Positions 1 through 9,441 of a stretch of DNA of 64,000 nucleotides are shown here, one piece after another (positions within the stretch are counted from its first letter, which is position 1; each line of letters opens with the position of its first letter). The position numbers were made by a program, and so were the translations under genes. This DNA is from Candidatus Magasanikbacteria bacterium UBA922 (GTDB lineage Bacteria > Patescibacteriota > Patescibacteriia > Magasanikbacterales > UBA922), in contig DBDW01000001.1 of NCBI GenBank assembly GCA_002293825.1, positions 3,314 through 67,313 on the forward strand. Reading direction: 5' to 3'. The notes under the pieces were generated by a model, which searched no databases, was not told the DNA's origin, and saw only the letters and a program-made list of their open reading frames with translations.

Positions 1-1
1 C

Positions 2-193
2 ACCAAACGGGAAATCTGCGAGCGAAATAGTATACACCTGCTTATTGATGATTCGATAGAAAACGCATTCCAATGCGCAAACGCTGAAAGAAAAATTTTA
101 CTACTCGATCGACCATGGAATCAATCCGAAAAATTACCTGCATCTATTATTCGAGTATTCTCATGGGAGGAAATTGTACAACACATTATATAA
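2..193 (+). CDS. C-terminal fragment of a HAD-like 5'(3')-deoxyribonucleotidase-like protein (gene begins upstream of window)
   Basis: Frame 2 is open from the window edge to TAA at 191-193. The translation ...LLIDDSIENAFQ...LLLDRPWN... resembles the C-terminus of NT5C-type nucleotidases. A terminator follows. Confidence 0.3.
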   Translation, partial: TKREICERNSIHLLIDDSIENAFQCANAERKILLLDRPWNQSEKLPASIIRVFSWEEIVQHII

Positions 194-196
194 TAC

Positions 197-230
197 AAAA
201 AAACACCTCGCTTCCACGAGGTGTTTTTAT
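197..230. terminator. Rho-independent terminator hairpin (CACCTCG-loop-CGAGGTG) flanked by A-run and T-run, usable on both strands (end of fusA operon unit and end of + strand fragment)
   Basis: Perfect 7 bp stem plus T5 read directly from sequence. Confidence 0.6.
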
Positions 231-276
231 ATTGGGATATTAATTTCACATTTCCCAATTTCTAATTTCTATATTT

Positions 277-2376
277 TTACTTCATCTTTCCACTTGCTAC
301 CAACTGCTCAATATTCTTTGGACATTCAGCGTATTTCGCGAATTCCATCGCATACGTTGCACGTCCCTGAGTCATCGAGCGGAGTCCAGTCGCATAGCCA
401 AACATACTTGCGAGCGGTACCAATGCGCGGATTACTTTTGCAGTTCCACGCTGGGTCATTTCTTCGATCTGTCCACGCTTACTCGACAAATCTCCGATTA
501 CGTCTCCCATGTATTCTTCAGGAGTCGTAACTTCTACTTTCATGATTGGTTCGAGCAGTACTGGGTTTGCTTTCTGAGCTGCTGCTACAAATCCCATACT
601 TCCTGCGAGTTTGAATGCAACTTCACTTGAGTCCACTTCGTGATAACTTCCATCAAACACCGTTACCTTCACATCGAGCAATGGATATCCTGCGACAATT
701 CCTTTTCCTACCGCTTCTTTCACACCTTTTTCAATTGCAGGAATATATTCACGTGGGATAAGACCACCCTTGATCTCGTCTACAAATACCAAGTTTTCAC
801 CCGGATGCGCAGCTTTGTCTTCTTCACTGAGAGGTTCTACACGGAGCCAGCAGTGTCCGTATTGTCCACGTCCACCCGACTGCTTCACATGCTTACCCTC
901 TGCTTCAGCACTCTGGCGAATGGTTTCTTTATACGCTACCTGTGGCGCACCTACTTGTGCCTCCACTTTGAATTCACGGCGCATACGATCGACGATAATA
1001 TCGAGATGCAATTCTCCCATACCTGCGATAATCGTCTGAAGTGTTTCAGGATCACTTGATACTTTGAACGTAGGATCTTCTTCAGCAAGTTTCTGAAGTG
1101 CAATACTCATCTTTTCAGCGTCGCCCTTGGTATTAGGTTCAATAGCAACTGAGATAACTGGTTCTGGGAAGGTCGGTCGTTCGAGTACAGCAGGTCGAGA
1201 TTCTTCACAGAGTGTGTCTCCGGTTGTCGTATTCTTGAGACCAATCGCAGCTGCGATTTCTCCAGCATATACCTGCTCCACATCTTCACGAGTGTTCGCA
1301 TGAAGTCGTACGATACGTCCGATACGCTCCTTGGTACCATTGGTACTGTTGAGCACATAGCTACCAGCTTTTACACTTCCCGAATATACACGGAAGAAGG
1401 TAAGACGTCCGACAAATGGATCAGTAGCAACTTTGAACGCGAGACTTACAAATGGATCCGTATCACTCGATTTGATTTCAATTGTTTTTTCTTCATTGTC
1501 TGGGTCATGCGCCACAATCGTTGGCATGTCTACAGGAGATGGTAAATACGACACTACATTATCGAGTACGAGCTGTACTCCGATATTCTGCAATGCAGTT
1601 CCACACATCACTGGATAGATCTGATCTTTCAATACCATTGATCGAATTGCAGATTTGATTTCTTCAACAGTGAGCTCTTCCCCACCAAGATATTTATTCA
1701 TGAGTTCATCACTTGCTTCAGCCACTTTATCGAGCAATGCAGATCGATATTCAGCCACCTGTGCTTTCATATCTTCAGGAACTTCAAATTCTACCACATT
1801 GATTCCATGATCTCCTTCGAATCGGTATGCTTTTTGTTCAATGATGTCGATAATTCCTTTGAATTCAGATTCCATGCCGATTGGGAGCTGGATTGCAATT
1901 GCATTTGGAGACAATCGAGTTCTGATCGAATTAAGTGTCATGAAGAAATCAGCACCCGTCTTGTCCATTTTGTTTGCAAAACAAATACGTGGCACATGAT
2001 ATTTATCAGCCTGACGCCATACGGTCTCACTTTGTGGCTCTACACCCTGACTTCCATCGAATACTGCGACCGCACCATCAAGTACACGAAGTGAACGCTC
2101 TACTTCTACCGTAAAATCTACGTGACCTGGAGTATCAATCAAATTGATACGATGATTCTTCCAAAAACACGTGGTTGCCGCAGACGTAATCGTGATACCA
2201 CGTTCTTTTTCCTGTTCCATCCAGTCCATTTCAGCTCCACCTTCATGCACTTCTCCGATCTTGTGTTTTTTTCCAGTGTAAAAAAGAATACGTTCAGAAA
2301 CTGTCGTCTTACCTGCATCGATATGCGCCATGATCCCAATATTGCGCACGCGATCAAGTGGATAATCTCGTCCCAT
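277..2376 (-). CDS. fusA: Elongation factor G
   Basis: 699 aa ORF. N-terminal G domain [17 protein letters not shown] and full-length similarity to EF-G. Confidence 0.97.
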   Translation of the reverse strand: MGRDYPLDRVRNIGIMAHIDAGKTTVSERILFYTGKKHKIGEVHEGGAEMDWMEQEKERGITITSAATTCFWKNHRINLIDTPGHVDFTVEVERSLRVLDGAVAVFDGSQGVEPQSETVWRQADKYHVPRICFANKMDKTGADFFMTLNSIRTRLSPNAIAIQLPIGMESEFKGIIDIIEQKAYRFEGDHGINVVEFEVPEDMKAQVAEYRSALLDKVAEASDELMNKYLGGEELTVEEIKSAIRSMVLKDQIYPVMCGTALQNIGVQLVLDNVVSYLPSPVDMPTIVAHDPDNEEKTIEIKSSDTDPFVSLAFKVATDPFVGRLTFFRVYSGSVKAGSYVLNSTNGTKERIGRIVRLHANTREDVEQVYAGEIAAAIGLKNTTTGDTLCEESRPAVLERPTFPEPVISVAIEPNTKGDAEKMSIALQKLAEEDPTFKVSSDPETLQTIIAGMGELHLDIIVDRMRREFKVEAQVGAPQVAYKETIRQSAEAEGKHVKQSGGRGQYGHCWLRVEPLSEEDKAAHPGENLVFVDEIKGGLIPREYIPAIEKGVKEAVGKGIVAGYPLLDVKVTVFDGSYHEVDSSEVAFKLAGSMGFVAAAQKANPVLLEPIMKVEVTTPEEYMGDVIGDLSSKRGQIEEMTQRGTAKVIRALVPLASMFGYATGLRSMTQGRATYAMEFAKYAECPKNIEQLVASGKMK

Positions 2377-2480
2377 AAAACATTGTTTTAAGTTGAGTAA
2401 AGATTGATATATACCCAGCTACTCGAACAAATGACGTGAATACACGATCACTCATTCGTGCACGAAGTATACTCAAAGTG

Positions 2481-2960
2481 TTAGCGACTAAATCGTGCAA
2501 AATGCGCAAACGCTTTGTTTGCTTCTGCCATGCGATGCATGTCATCACGCTTCTTAATCGCTCCACCATTTCCATCAAGAATATCCAAAAATTCTGCTGC
2601 AAGTTTTTCTGCCATCGTACGTCCTTTGCGTGATTGCGCAGCACCAACAATCCATCGGAATGCAAGTGCATTCTGTCGATTGCCTGACACTGGCATTGGT
2701 ACCTGATAATTAGCACCACCCACACGTCGTGAACGTACTTCGACCTGTGGTCGAACTGTTTCAAGTGTCTGTTCAAACACTTTGATTGGATCAAGTTTCT
2801 TTTTTTCTTTCAAAATATCAAGCGTCTCGTAGACAATATGTTCTGCGGTAGATTTCTTACCGTCTTTCATAACAAAATTGATGAACTTCGCCAGAACCTC
2901 ACTGTTGTACAATGGGTCCGGAGTAGGAGTTCGCTTGACTGCTCGTTTTCCTCGTGACAT
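2481..2960 (-). CDS. rpsG: 30S ribosomal protein S7
   Basis: 159 aa with the S7 signature MSRGKRAVKR...; position in the str operon. Confidence 0.95.
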   Translation of the reverse strand: MSRGKRAVKRTPTPDPLYNSEVLAKFINFVMKDGKKSTAEHIVYETLDILKEKKKLDPIKVFEQTLETVRPQVEVRSRRVGGANYQVPMPVSGNRQNALAFRWIVGAAQSRKGRTMAEKLAAEFLDILDGNGGAIKKRDDMHRMAEANKAFAHFARFSR

Positions 2961-2993
2961 ATCTAATTGAATTTAAAGTGAGTATGATACTAA

Positions 2994-3419
2994 TTACTTC
3001 TTGACCTTAGGTCGCTTAGCTCCATAGATCGAACGACTGCGTCGACGAGCTTCTACACCCTGAGTGTCATACACACCACGTACAATGTGATAGCGCACAC
3101 CCGGCAAGTCTTTTACACGTCCACCACGTACGAGTACGATTGAGTGTTCCTGCAAATTGTGACCTTCACCTGGAATGTAGGCGATAATTTCTGACCCATT
3201 CGAAAGACGAACTTTTGCAACTTTTCGAAGCGCTGAGTTTGGTTTCTTTGGGGTCATAGTGTACACCTTGGTACACACACCACGCTTAAAGGGAGCTCCA
3301 CGGCGGAGTTCGGTACGTTTGCGATGCAAACTATCATAAGTAAACTGTAGCGCTGGAGACTTTGATTTGGTTCTCTTTGAGACCCGTCCCTTGCGCAAAA
3401 TCTGATTCATCGTAGGCAT
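2994..3419 (-). CDS. rpsL: 30S ribosomal protein S12
   Basis: S12 sequence [12 protein letters not shown]...[11 protein letters not shown]. Start chosen at the internal Met; the 162 aa ORF-track start is probably too far upstream. Confidence 0.93.
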   Translation of the reverse strand: MPTMNQILRKGRVSKRTKSKSPALQFTYDSLHRKRTELRRGAPFKRGVCTKVYTMTPKKPNSALRKVAKVRLSNGSEIIAYIPGEGHNLQEHSIVLVRGGRVKDLPGVRYHIVRGVYDTQGVEARRRSRSIYGAKRPKVKK

Positions 3420-3718
3420 AAGTATCCTATCAAATAAATAAATTACGCGTGAATAAATAAAACATGCCCAACTGAAGGGCACGTTCGGACAAACAAAACT
3501 AGTGTTTATCGAACGTTTGAGAGCTATGGACAGCTCTGAGACGCTTCACCCTCGCTAATCACGAGAATTACTACGTTCTACTGCATCTCATACGATGCGT
3601 AGACCATACTACAGGATAAACCACTCTCTGTCAATAGAGTCTGGGAACTGTATTGAGCCCACACCTAAAATATAGTACCATGTGTCCGGGACAGCTCGAT
3701 CATGAGCTATGGAGGGGT

Positions 3719-4675
3719 ATGGAAAAACAAAAACACATCATCGAAACCCAGCAATTCGATCTACCACGGATCGAGCGGCTGTTCGAACAAACACGTCGTG
3801 TACAACGGAGTCTCGAAACAGGAAACAGACACGAGTTCGGATATTCTCTCAAAGGGCGAAGTATGATCTCTCTGTTCTACGAGCCGTCTACGCGAACTCG
3901 AATCTCATTCGAACGCGCAGCTCAGCTGTGTGGAATGAATGTGTGTGGCACTGAAAACGCAGGTGAATTCTCGTCTGCCGCAAAAGGCGAAACGCTCGAA
4001 GACAGTATTCGGACACTCACAGGATACTACCCTGACGTGATCGTGCTCCGGCACAAAGAAACCGGCGCTGCACAACGAGCGGCAGATACGATCGATCGCT
4101 ACCAGCTACCTGTGCACGTCATCAACGGAGGTGATGGTACCGGACAGCACCCTACACAAGCACTCCTCGATCTCTACACCATCTGGGAATCCAGAAAAGA
4201 AAGAATCGAGAATGTGCATGTGGTGATGGGAGGAGATCTTGCACACGGCCGGACCGTGCACTCACTCGCCTACGTGCTTGCCAAGTATAGCACTGTGCAT
4301 TTCACATTCGTAGCTCCTACTGAGCTGCAAATGAAGAAAGAGATCACCGACTACCTCACTCGCCATGGAATAAGATACACACTTGAGACAGACCCAAAAA
4401 CTGTGTTGAGAGACGCAGATGTGGTGTACTGGACTCGCCTGCAGAAGGAACGACTCGATCCGAAACTTCGAGAAGACATCGAACGACACGGAATGTACCA
4501 AATCGGTCAATCCGAAGTCGACATGATGAAACCAGATGCACTGATCCTCCACCCACTCCCTCGAGTGGGAGAAATCTCGACCGAGATCGATGACGATCCT
4601 CGCGCACAGTACTTCAAGCAAGCGCAAAACGGACTGTATGTCCGCATGGCGCTCCTGCTCGAACTGCTCGGGTGA
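3719..4675 (+). CDS. pyrB: Aspartate carbamoyltransferase catalytic subunit
   Basis: STRTR motif (EPSTRTRISFE), HPTQ, and C-terminal HPLPR...YFKQAQNG..RMALL typical of ATCase. Start at the MEKQK Met preceded by a GGAGGGG ribosome-binding site; the ORF could also start at 3653. Confidence 0.85.
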   Translation: MEKQKHIIETQQFDLPRIERLFEQTRRVQRSLETGNRHEFGYSLKGRSMISLFYEPSTRTRISFERAAQLCGMNVCGTENAGEFSSAAKGETLEDSIRTLTGYYPDVIVLRHKETGAAQRAADTIDRYQLPVHVINGGDGTGQHPTQALLDLYTIWESRKERIENVHVVMGGDLAHGRTVHSLAYVLAKYSTVHFTFVAPTELQMKKEITDYLTRHGIRYTLETDPKTVLRDADVVYWTRLQKERLDPKLREDIERHGMYQIGQSEVDMMKPDALILHPLPRVGEISTEIDDDPRAQYFKQAQNGLYVRMALLLELLG

Positions 4676-4682
4676 TACTACA

Positions 4683-4718
4683 ACGCCGACTCTACTCCAG
4701 AGTCGGCGTCTTCTATAT
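4683..4718. terminator. Bidirectional terminator between pyrB (+) and the M50 protease gene (-): 11 bp stem ACGCCGACTCT/AGAGTCGGCGT
   Basis: Perfect inverted repeat with 5 nt loop and T-rich tail. Confidence 0.55.
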
Positions 4719-4738
4719 AATGCGAAACTATTACAGGA

Positions 4739-5356
4739 TCAAAAACGCACAGCATTCCCTACCAATAACTGCACCACATACTGTACCGCCGGGCTGATTA
4801 CTCCAGGAAATAAGATAATAAAACCAAACAAAATAAACATTCCGTATCGCTCGAGTGTCTCTTTCACTTTCCACAATGAATCAGGTAATACTGCATACAG
4901 TACTTTTGACCCATCAAGCGGAGGAATTGGTAATAAATTAAAGATTGCTAGCCCGACATTGGCATAGACAATAATCAATAAGAACATGGTGATATCCCCA
5001 ATCGGCATGAGACGAATAAGTATTGCAAAGACCGCTGCCAACACCAAATTCGAAAGAGGGCCCGCAAGCGCTACCCACACCGGGCCCGTCCGTTGGTTTT
5101 TCAAATTATACGGATTATATGGTACTGGTTTTGCATACGCAAACAAAAATCGCCCACCCGTCGAAATATACAATAATACAGGCAACAGTATGGTACCCCA
5201 CAAGTCGACATGAGATTTCGGATTGAGGGTAAGCCTGCCTGCATAGCGGGCAGTAGGGTCACCCATACGGTCGGCAACCCATCCATGCATATATTCATGG
5301 ATAACGGCCGACGGAATAATCACAGCGAGATAAAACAATGAAATAATAGGATCCAT
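4739..5356 (-). CDS. Site-2 protease family (peptidase M50) integral membrane metalloprotease
   Basis: HEYMHG (HExxH) in a TM helix, NLLPIPPLDGSKV motif, multiple hydrophobic segments. Confidence 0.85.
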   Translation of the reverse strand: MDPIISLFYLAVIIPSAVIHEYMHGWVADRMGDPTARYAGRLTLNPKSHVDLWGTILLPVLLYISTGGRFLFAYAKPVPYNPYNLKNQRTGPVWVALAGPLSNLVLAAVFAILIRLMPIGDITMFLLIIVYANVGLAIFNLLPIPPLDGSKVLYAVLPDSLWKVKETLERYGMFILFGFIILFPGVISPAVQYVVQLLVGNAVRF

Positions 5357-5366
5357 ACAATAGTTC

Positions 5367-5395
5367 TTGACAAAAAGCGGAAAATAACATACACT
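5367..5395 (+). promoter_or_regulatory. Sigma70-like promoter candidate for rpmB: TTGACA, 17 nt spacer, TACACT
   Basis: Hexamers read from sequence about 55 nt upstream of the rpmB start. Confidence 0.35.
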
Positions 5396-5449
5396 GTTCC
5401 GCATAACGTGTACACAGTATATCTTCTACTCGTCTTTAACGTCAACCAT

Positions 5450-5617
5450 ATGCGAAAATGCGAACTCTGCAAAAAAGGGACAGTCAGCGCAGCAAATCGA
5501 AGTCACTCAAATGTAAAAACACTTCGAAAGCAGCATGCCAACCTTCAAAAATTCATGGGAATGGTGTTGTGCAGTACCTGCCGAAGAACGATCAAAAAGC
5601 AGAACGCATCAGCATAA
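5450..5617 (+). CDS. rpmB: 50S ribosomal protein L28
   Basis: MRKCELCKKGTVSAANRSHSNVKTLRKQHANLQ matches the L28 N-terminus (CxxCGK...GNxxSHSNxKTxR..PNLQ). The 69 aa ORF-track start is too early. Confidence 0.85.
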   Translation: MRKCELCKKGTVSAANRSHSNVKTLRKQHANLQKFMGMVLCSTCRRTIKKQNASA

Positions 5618-5634
5618 TGCATTCAACTGAATTT

Positions 5635-5670
5635 AAAAAATCCCCAGAGAATTCTCTGGGGATTTTTTGT
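5635..5670. terminator. Bidirectional terminator between rpmB (+) and trhO (-): TCCCCAGAG...CTCTGGGGA flanked by A6 and T6
   Basis: Perfect 9 bp stem with A-run and T-run on either side. Confidence 0.65.
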
Positions 5671-5673
5671 ATC

Positions 5674-6591
5674 TTACACACTCATCTGATGTGCAAACGG
5701 ACGCTTCATATCTGCATTACCAAGAACAATCGCCTCACACGCAGTAGAACATGCTCCGTGCAATCGTGTGTGACAAGTGTCACACCCAATAAACAATGCA
5801 TTACATTCTTTATACACACAATTGCGATAAGTGTCGCAGAGCGTGTCACACACCGCACACTTACCTACAACAACCGCACTATCTGTGGTGTTTATTGGCA
5901 ACACCATACGATCATCGAAGGTAAAACATTTACCTTCGAAAAATCCTTCGTTTCCATATTTTTCTGCGTATTTTACAATTCCACCTTCCAATTGATAGGT
6001 GCGTTTTGGATCAAACCCATGAGCAACAAACAGCGCACTCGCAGGCTCACAGCGAATCCCGCCCGTGCAATACATGACTACTTTTTTATCCTTAAACTGA
6101 TCATAAAAACCCATGTTGTCTTTCAAATCTCGAAAATAACTCACCGGAGGATTGATCGAGTTTTTGAACCTACCTACCGCCCATTCATAATCATTACGCA
6201 TGTCGATAAGTACCATATCTTCTCCTCGAAGGAGCCACTGATGAAATGTGTCTCTGTCTACATGTTTCCCACGCTTGGTCCAGTCAATATGATCTTTGAT
6301 TTCTGTCGTAATAATTTCATCGCGATATCGCACACGCAATTTTGGAAATGGAAGAAAATCAGCAATATGCTCTTTCCAATCAATATCTTTGTAAAGACGG
6401 TGCTGATCCATATACGCACGATACAACTCAATAGATTCTTTGGTACCACCAATATTTCCATTGATTCCATAATCACCAATCAAAATCCGACCCTTGATAC
6501 CCAAAGCCACACAAATCTCTTTGTGCATTTCTACCTCTTTTGCAGGATTTTTGATGTTGACGATTTTGTAATACAACAAGGTGTGATACAT
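5674..6591 (-). CDS. trhO: Rhodanese-domain tRNA uridine(34) hydroxylase TrhO (UPF0176/YceA)
   Basis: MYCTGGIRCE rhodanese active-site motif and C-terminal Cys-rich tail typical of the YceA/TrhO family. Confidence 0.8.
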   Translation of the reverse strand: MYHTLLYYKIVNIKNPAKEVEMHKEICVALGIKGRILIGDYGINGNIGGTKESIELYRAYMDQHRLYKDIDWKEHIADFLPFPKLRVRYRDEIITTEIKDHIDWTKRGKHVDRDTFHQWLLRGEDMVLIDMRNDYEWAVGRFKNSINPPVSYFRDLKDNMGFYDQFKDKKVVMYCTGGIRCEPASALFVAHGFDPKRTYQLEGGIVKYAEKYGNEGFFEGKCFTFDDRMVLPINTTDSAVVVGKCAVCDTLCDTYRNCVYKECNALFIGCDTCHTRLHGACSTACEAIVLGNADMKRPFAHQMSV

Positions 6592-6709
6592 ACTTCAAAT
6601 TCAAAACTGTAACTAAAATCTTAAAAATTTTAAAGAAATCAATATATCTAGTTTTATTTTTTAATTATCACATTACGTTTTGACAGACAAACGTTGGATT
6701 CATCGCTTG

Positions 6710-6783
6710 TCGGGCTGACACGACTTGAACGTGCGACCTCATGACCCCCAGCCATGCGCTCTAGCCAACTGAGCTACAGCCCG
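6710..6783 (-). tRNA. tRNA-Pro (anticodon GGG)
   Basis: Reverse complement folds as a cloverleaf: acceptor CGGGCUG/CAGCCCG, D-arm GCUC..GAGC, anticodon stem CAUGG/UCAUG with loop CUGGGGG (G37), T-arm GCACG UUCAAGU CGUGU, discriminator A. CCA is not encoded. Confidence 0.85.
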
Positions 6784-7300
6784 ATAGATACTGCATTACT
6801 TCATGTCCCAATGCCTGAAAACGCTACATTCATATTAGATCTACTCAGTTCACTTTACACGACTACTGACCTACTGAGCCATACTCCGATTTCTCATCTC
6901 GTACACAGTACGCTATACAGATGCAGTTCACATACTAAACTAAAAAACTCTTTTTTTCAAGAGTTCATTAGTGACCGCGGAGCGGAAGCGTACGAAATAC
7001 TACTCCTAAACTAGTTAGGTGGGTAGCCGCACACCAGGCCCACGGGCCGGGAAAATATAGGCCTCCCAATGGCAGTATTTTGTAGAATAGTATATGTACG
7101 ACTTCCTGCGTATACCGTGGTCTTTTTTACTATAACAACAGAATGAAAAACATGCAAACCCTCTGTGACCGAAAAATATTGGGTTACAACATACTGGTAC
7201 CATGCTATCCCCTATATTCCTTACACAGGACATATACAGGACAGCAGGCGATCGAAAAGCATTCACTCTTCGATCGCCACAGAACATGCAGAAGCTTTCT

Positions 7301-7615
7301 CTAGTCTTCAGCGCCGACCTCATCACTCGCACCACGTTTTGACGCACTCGCAGTAATGCGCGCAAACGCAGTAAGGATGCTTCCTGCCGGAAATTTGGTA
7401 ACCTGACCACAGCGTGCACAGAGCACTTCATCATCAGGAAACTCATTTCCAAACAGGAACACCGAGACACGCTGAGAAGACTTGCAGCTCCCACAATTGA
7501 ACCAATGTTTGACATGACCCACGATCAGAAGCACTTCCTGCCGAACCTCAGAAGAGATCGACGGAAAGACAGGCTGCATTGCATGTCGTACCAGTGTCCG
7601 ATCCACGTGCTTCAT
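7301..7615 (-). CDS. Hypothetical small Cys4 zinc-ribbon protein (CGSC-x18-CARC; weak Fur C-terminal or TraR/DksA-like metal motif), GC-rich, probably foreign
   Basis: 104 aa ORF with a canonical ribosome-binding site (AGGAGG then 7 nt then ATG). GC content is clearly above the surroundings. Confidence 0.45.
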   Translation of the reverse strand: MKHVDRTLVRHAMQPVFPSISSEVRQEVLLIVGHVKHWFNCGSCKSSQRVSVFLFGNEFPDDEVLCARCGQVTKFPAGSILTAFARITASASKRGASDEVGAED

Positions 7616-7660
7616 CGAATCACCTCCTCATGTGTGACGACCATGATGTGAGCGATCACA

Positions 7661-7897
7661 CTACTGCTGCGTCACGTCACGGAATCGATGATCGAGATGA
7701 TCCTTGTTGCGACGCACGCAGGTCATGATCTCCTCATCACTCGGGACTTCGAAACGATCCGAAGGAAAACGAGTAGGAGTACGCTCCGAAGAGCGAGGAG
7801 TAGTCAAAGGCTCAGAAGAAGATTGGTTTTCAGGCATGAGAGACTCCACGGACGGTAGTGGCTGAGGTAGTGTAATTCCCACTGCGGGTTTTATCAC
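7661..7897 (-). CDS. Hypothetical Pro/Ser-rich small protein, GC-rich, upstream partner of the zinc-ribbon ORF
   Basis: 78 aa ORF with a GTG start and poor ribosome-binding site; same GC-rich patch as 7301-7615. Confidence 0.2.
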   Translation of the reverse strand: MIKPAVGITLPQPLPSVESLMPENQSSSEPLTTPRSSERTPTRFPSDRFEVPSDEEIMTCVRRNKDHLDHRFRDVTQQ

Positions 7898-8378
7898 TCC
7901 TCGACAGACAGACTCCGTGACACGTACATCGTATTATACGGATCACAGAACCTGTCTGTTTTTTCCCACATGTTCATATAGAAAAGAACGCCACAGAACC
8001 CTCCACGCTCTGCATCCCCAATTTAGGGATGTGAACACATACACGAGTACATACTCACATCCATAAACTTTTTTAAAAAAAGACCCCATACATTCTCATG
8101 CACAGGGTCATTCTGATCACTATTTGAATCCAGTAAATCCATCTCAAACAGTATTGACCCTATGCACGTAATCGAGCACCATTGCAAAGCAAAAATTCAC
8201 CTTGCCGAGGCGCTTGATCATGAGGGTAATAATGTAAGAAGTATAATTCATAACTATATATAAAACACATAATTGACTATAACCCCGCCCAACACCGTCG
8301 TCAAGGAATTTGAACAGACTTATCCACAAGTCTTAAAGTTTTTAAAGTAATTAAAGTTGTTGAGATTATAAAAAATAA

Positions 8379-8729
8379 TTATTGCTGAGACATGATAAGT
8401 CGGCTCAACAGATACCCCACTTCCCTGCGTTTTTTATCAAGAAACACATATTGTTCATGAGTAATATATTCAAGTGCTAATGCAAGATCTAAATAACACT
8501 CGCATTCATTCAAGGATCCACTTGAAATATATAAAAATTTCAAAAAATCTTTTTTAGTTGGTTTTGATTGACCTTCTGCAATATTTGCAATCACTGAAAC
8601 CCCCGCTCGACGAAACTGAGAAGTAAGACCATGTGTTTCTTCCTTTGGAAACAAAAGAGTAAGGCGATATATCAATCGAACAAATTCAAATCCCCTATTA
8701 TAGACCAACAAATCTTTATAACTACTCAT
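8379..8729 (-). CDS. Four-helix-bundle protein (23S rRNA intervening-sequence protein family, TIGR02436-like)
   Basis: 116 aa; ...GLTSQFRRAGVSVIANIAEG...ECYLDLAL... is typical of this family. Confidence 0.75.
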   Translation of the reverse strand: MSSYKDLLVYNRGFEFVRLIYRLTLLFPKEETHGLTSQFRRAGVSVIANIAEGQSKPTKKDFLKFLYISSGSLNECECYLDLALALEYITHEQYVFLDKKRREVGYLLSRLIMSQQ

Positions 8730-8730
8730 A

Positions 8731-8768
8731 TAAAAAACTTGCAGTAAGTATACTGCAAGTTTTTTATT
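8731..8768. terminator. Bidirectional terminator after ndk: 10 bp stem ACTTGCAGTA/TACTGCAAGT between A6 and T6
   Basis: Perfect inverted repeat read from sequence. Confidence 0.65.
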
Positions 8769-8825
8769 TATTACAATTCAAACCTCACCAACATCAACAA
8801 CCTCATCCACCTCTTCAACCTCAAA

Positions 8826-9308
8826 TTACACTCTCTCATCTTCGGTATACACGTGCAAGTAATCACTCTTCTCGTATCCATGCAATTCTTCTTCTCGGAA
8901 GAATCGTGACACTTCTGCTTTTGCAGATTCTACAGAATCTGACGCATGAATCACATTACACGCCACACTCATCGCATAATCTCCACGAATAGAACCTGCT
9001 TCTGCAGTACGAGCTTTCGTAATGCCGGTAATAAGTCGGATTGCATTTACCACTTCGAGTCCTTCCCACACCTGCACAATCACTGGTGAACTCATCATAA
9101 ATCGCTGTACTCCAGGATAAAACGGCTTGTCAGCAATATGTGAGTAATGCTCACGCAAGACCGCCTCTTCGAGGCGCATCATTTTCATCCCAACCAATTT
9201 CAAACCCTTCTGTTCGAATCGGTCAGTAATCTTTCCCACCAACCCACGCTGGATTGCGTCAGGTTTGATAATTACCAAGGTCTTCTCTTGTAATCCTTCG
9301 AATTGCAT
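8826..9308 (-). CDS. ndk: Nucleoside diphosphate kinase
   Basis: LVIIKPDA, RGDYA, NVIHASDS (NxxHxSDS) motifs; 160 aa. Confidence 0.92.
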   Translation of the reverse strand: MQFEGLQEKTLVIIKPDAIQRGLVGKITDRFEQKGLKLVGMKMMRLEEAVLREHYSHIADKPFYPGVQRFMMSSPVIVQVWEGLEVVNAIRLITGITKARTAEAGSIRGDYAMSVACNVIHASDSVESAKAEVSRFFREEELHGYEKSDYLHVYTEDERV

Positions 9309-9441
9309 AGTTCGATTGATTAGATGAATAAAAAAGTTGCTGAAATTATAGCGAAAAATGGGCTTTTAGTCAAGCGTTCAAAAAAATATGATATACTGTA
9401 TACTATCTATAATATCTTATACATCTTAACTCTTTAATCGT

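Noticed and set aside
174-530. 118 aa + strand ORF
   Set aside because: Lies antisense within the 3' end of fusA and the terminator; no similarity; typical shadow ORF.
5458-6612. 384 aa + strand ORF
   Set aside because: Completely antisense to the well-supported trhO gene; low-complexity translation.
7015-7515. 166 aa minus-strand ORF and overlapping small + strand ORFs
   Set aside because: Overlaps the better-supported zinc-ribbon ORF in another frame. It has no ribosome-binding site and is an artefact of GC-rich sequence.
6784-8378. tmRNA, SRP RNA or 6S RNA in the gene-poor stretch
   Set aside because: No GGGG...CCACCA tmRNA ends, no SRP domain IV GGAAGCAGC motif and no T-arm-like GGTTCGAATCC could be found by eye. 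Left as an open region.
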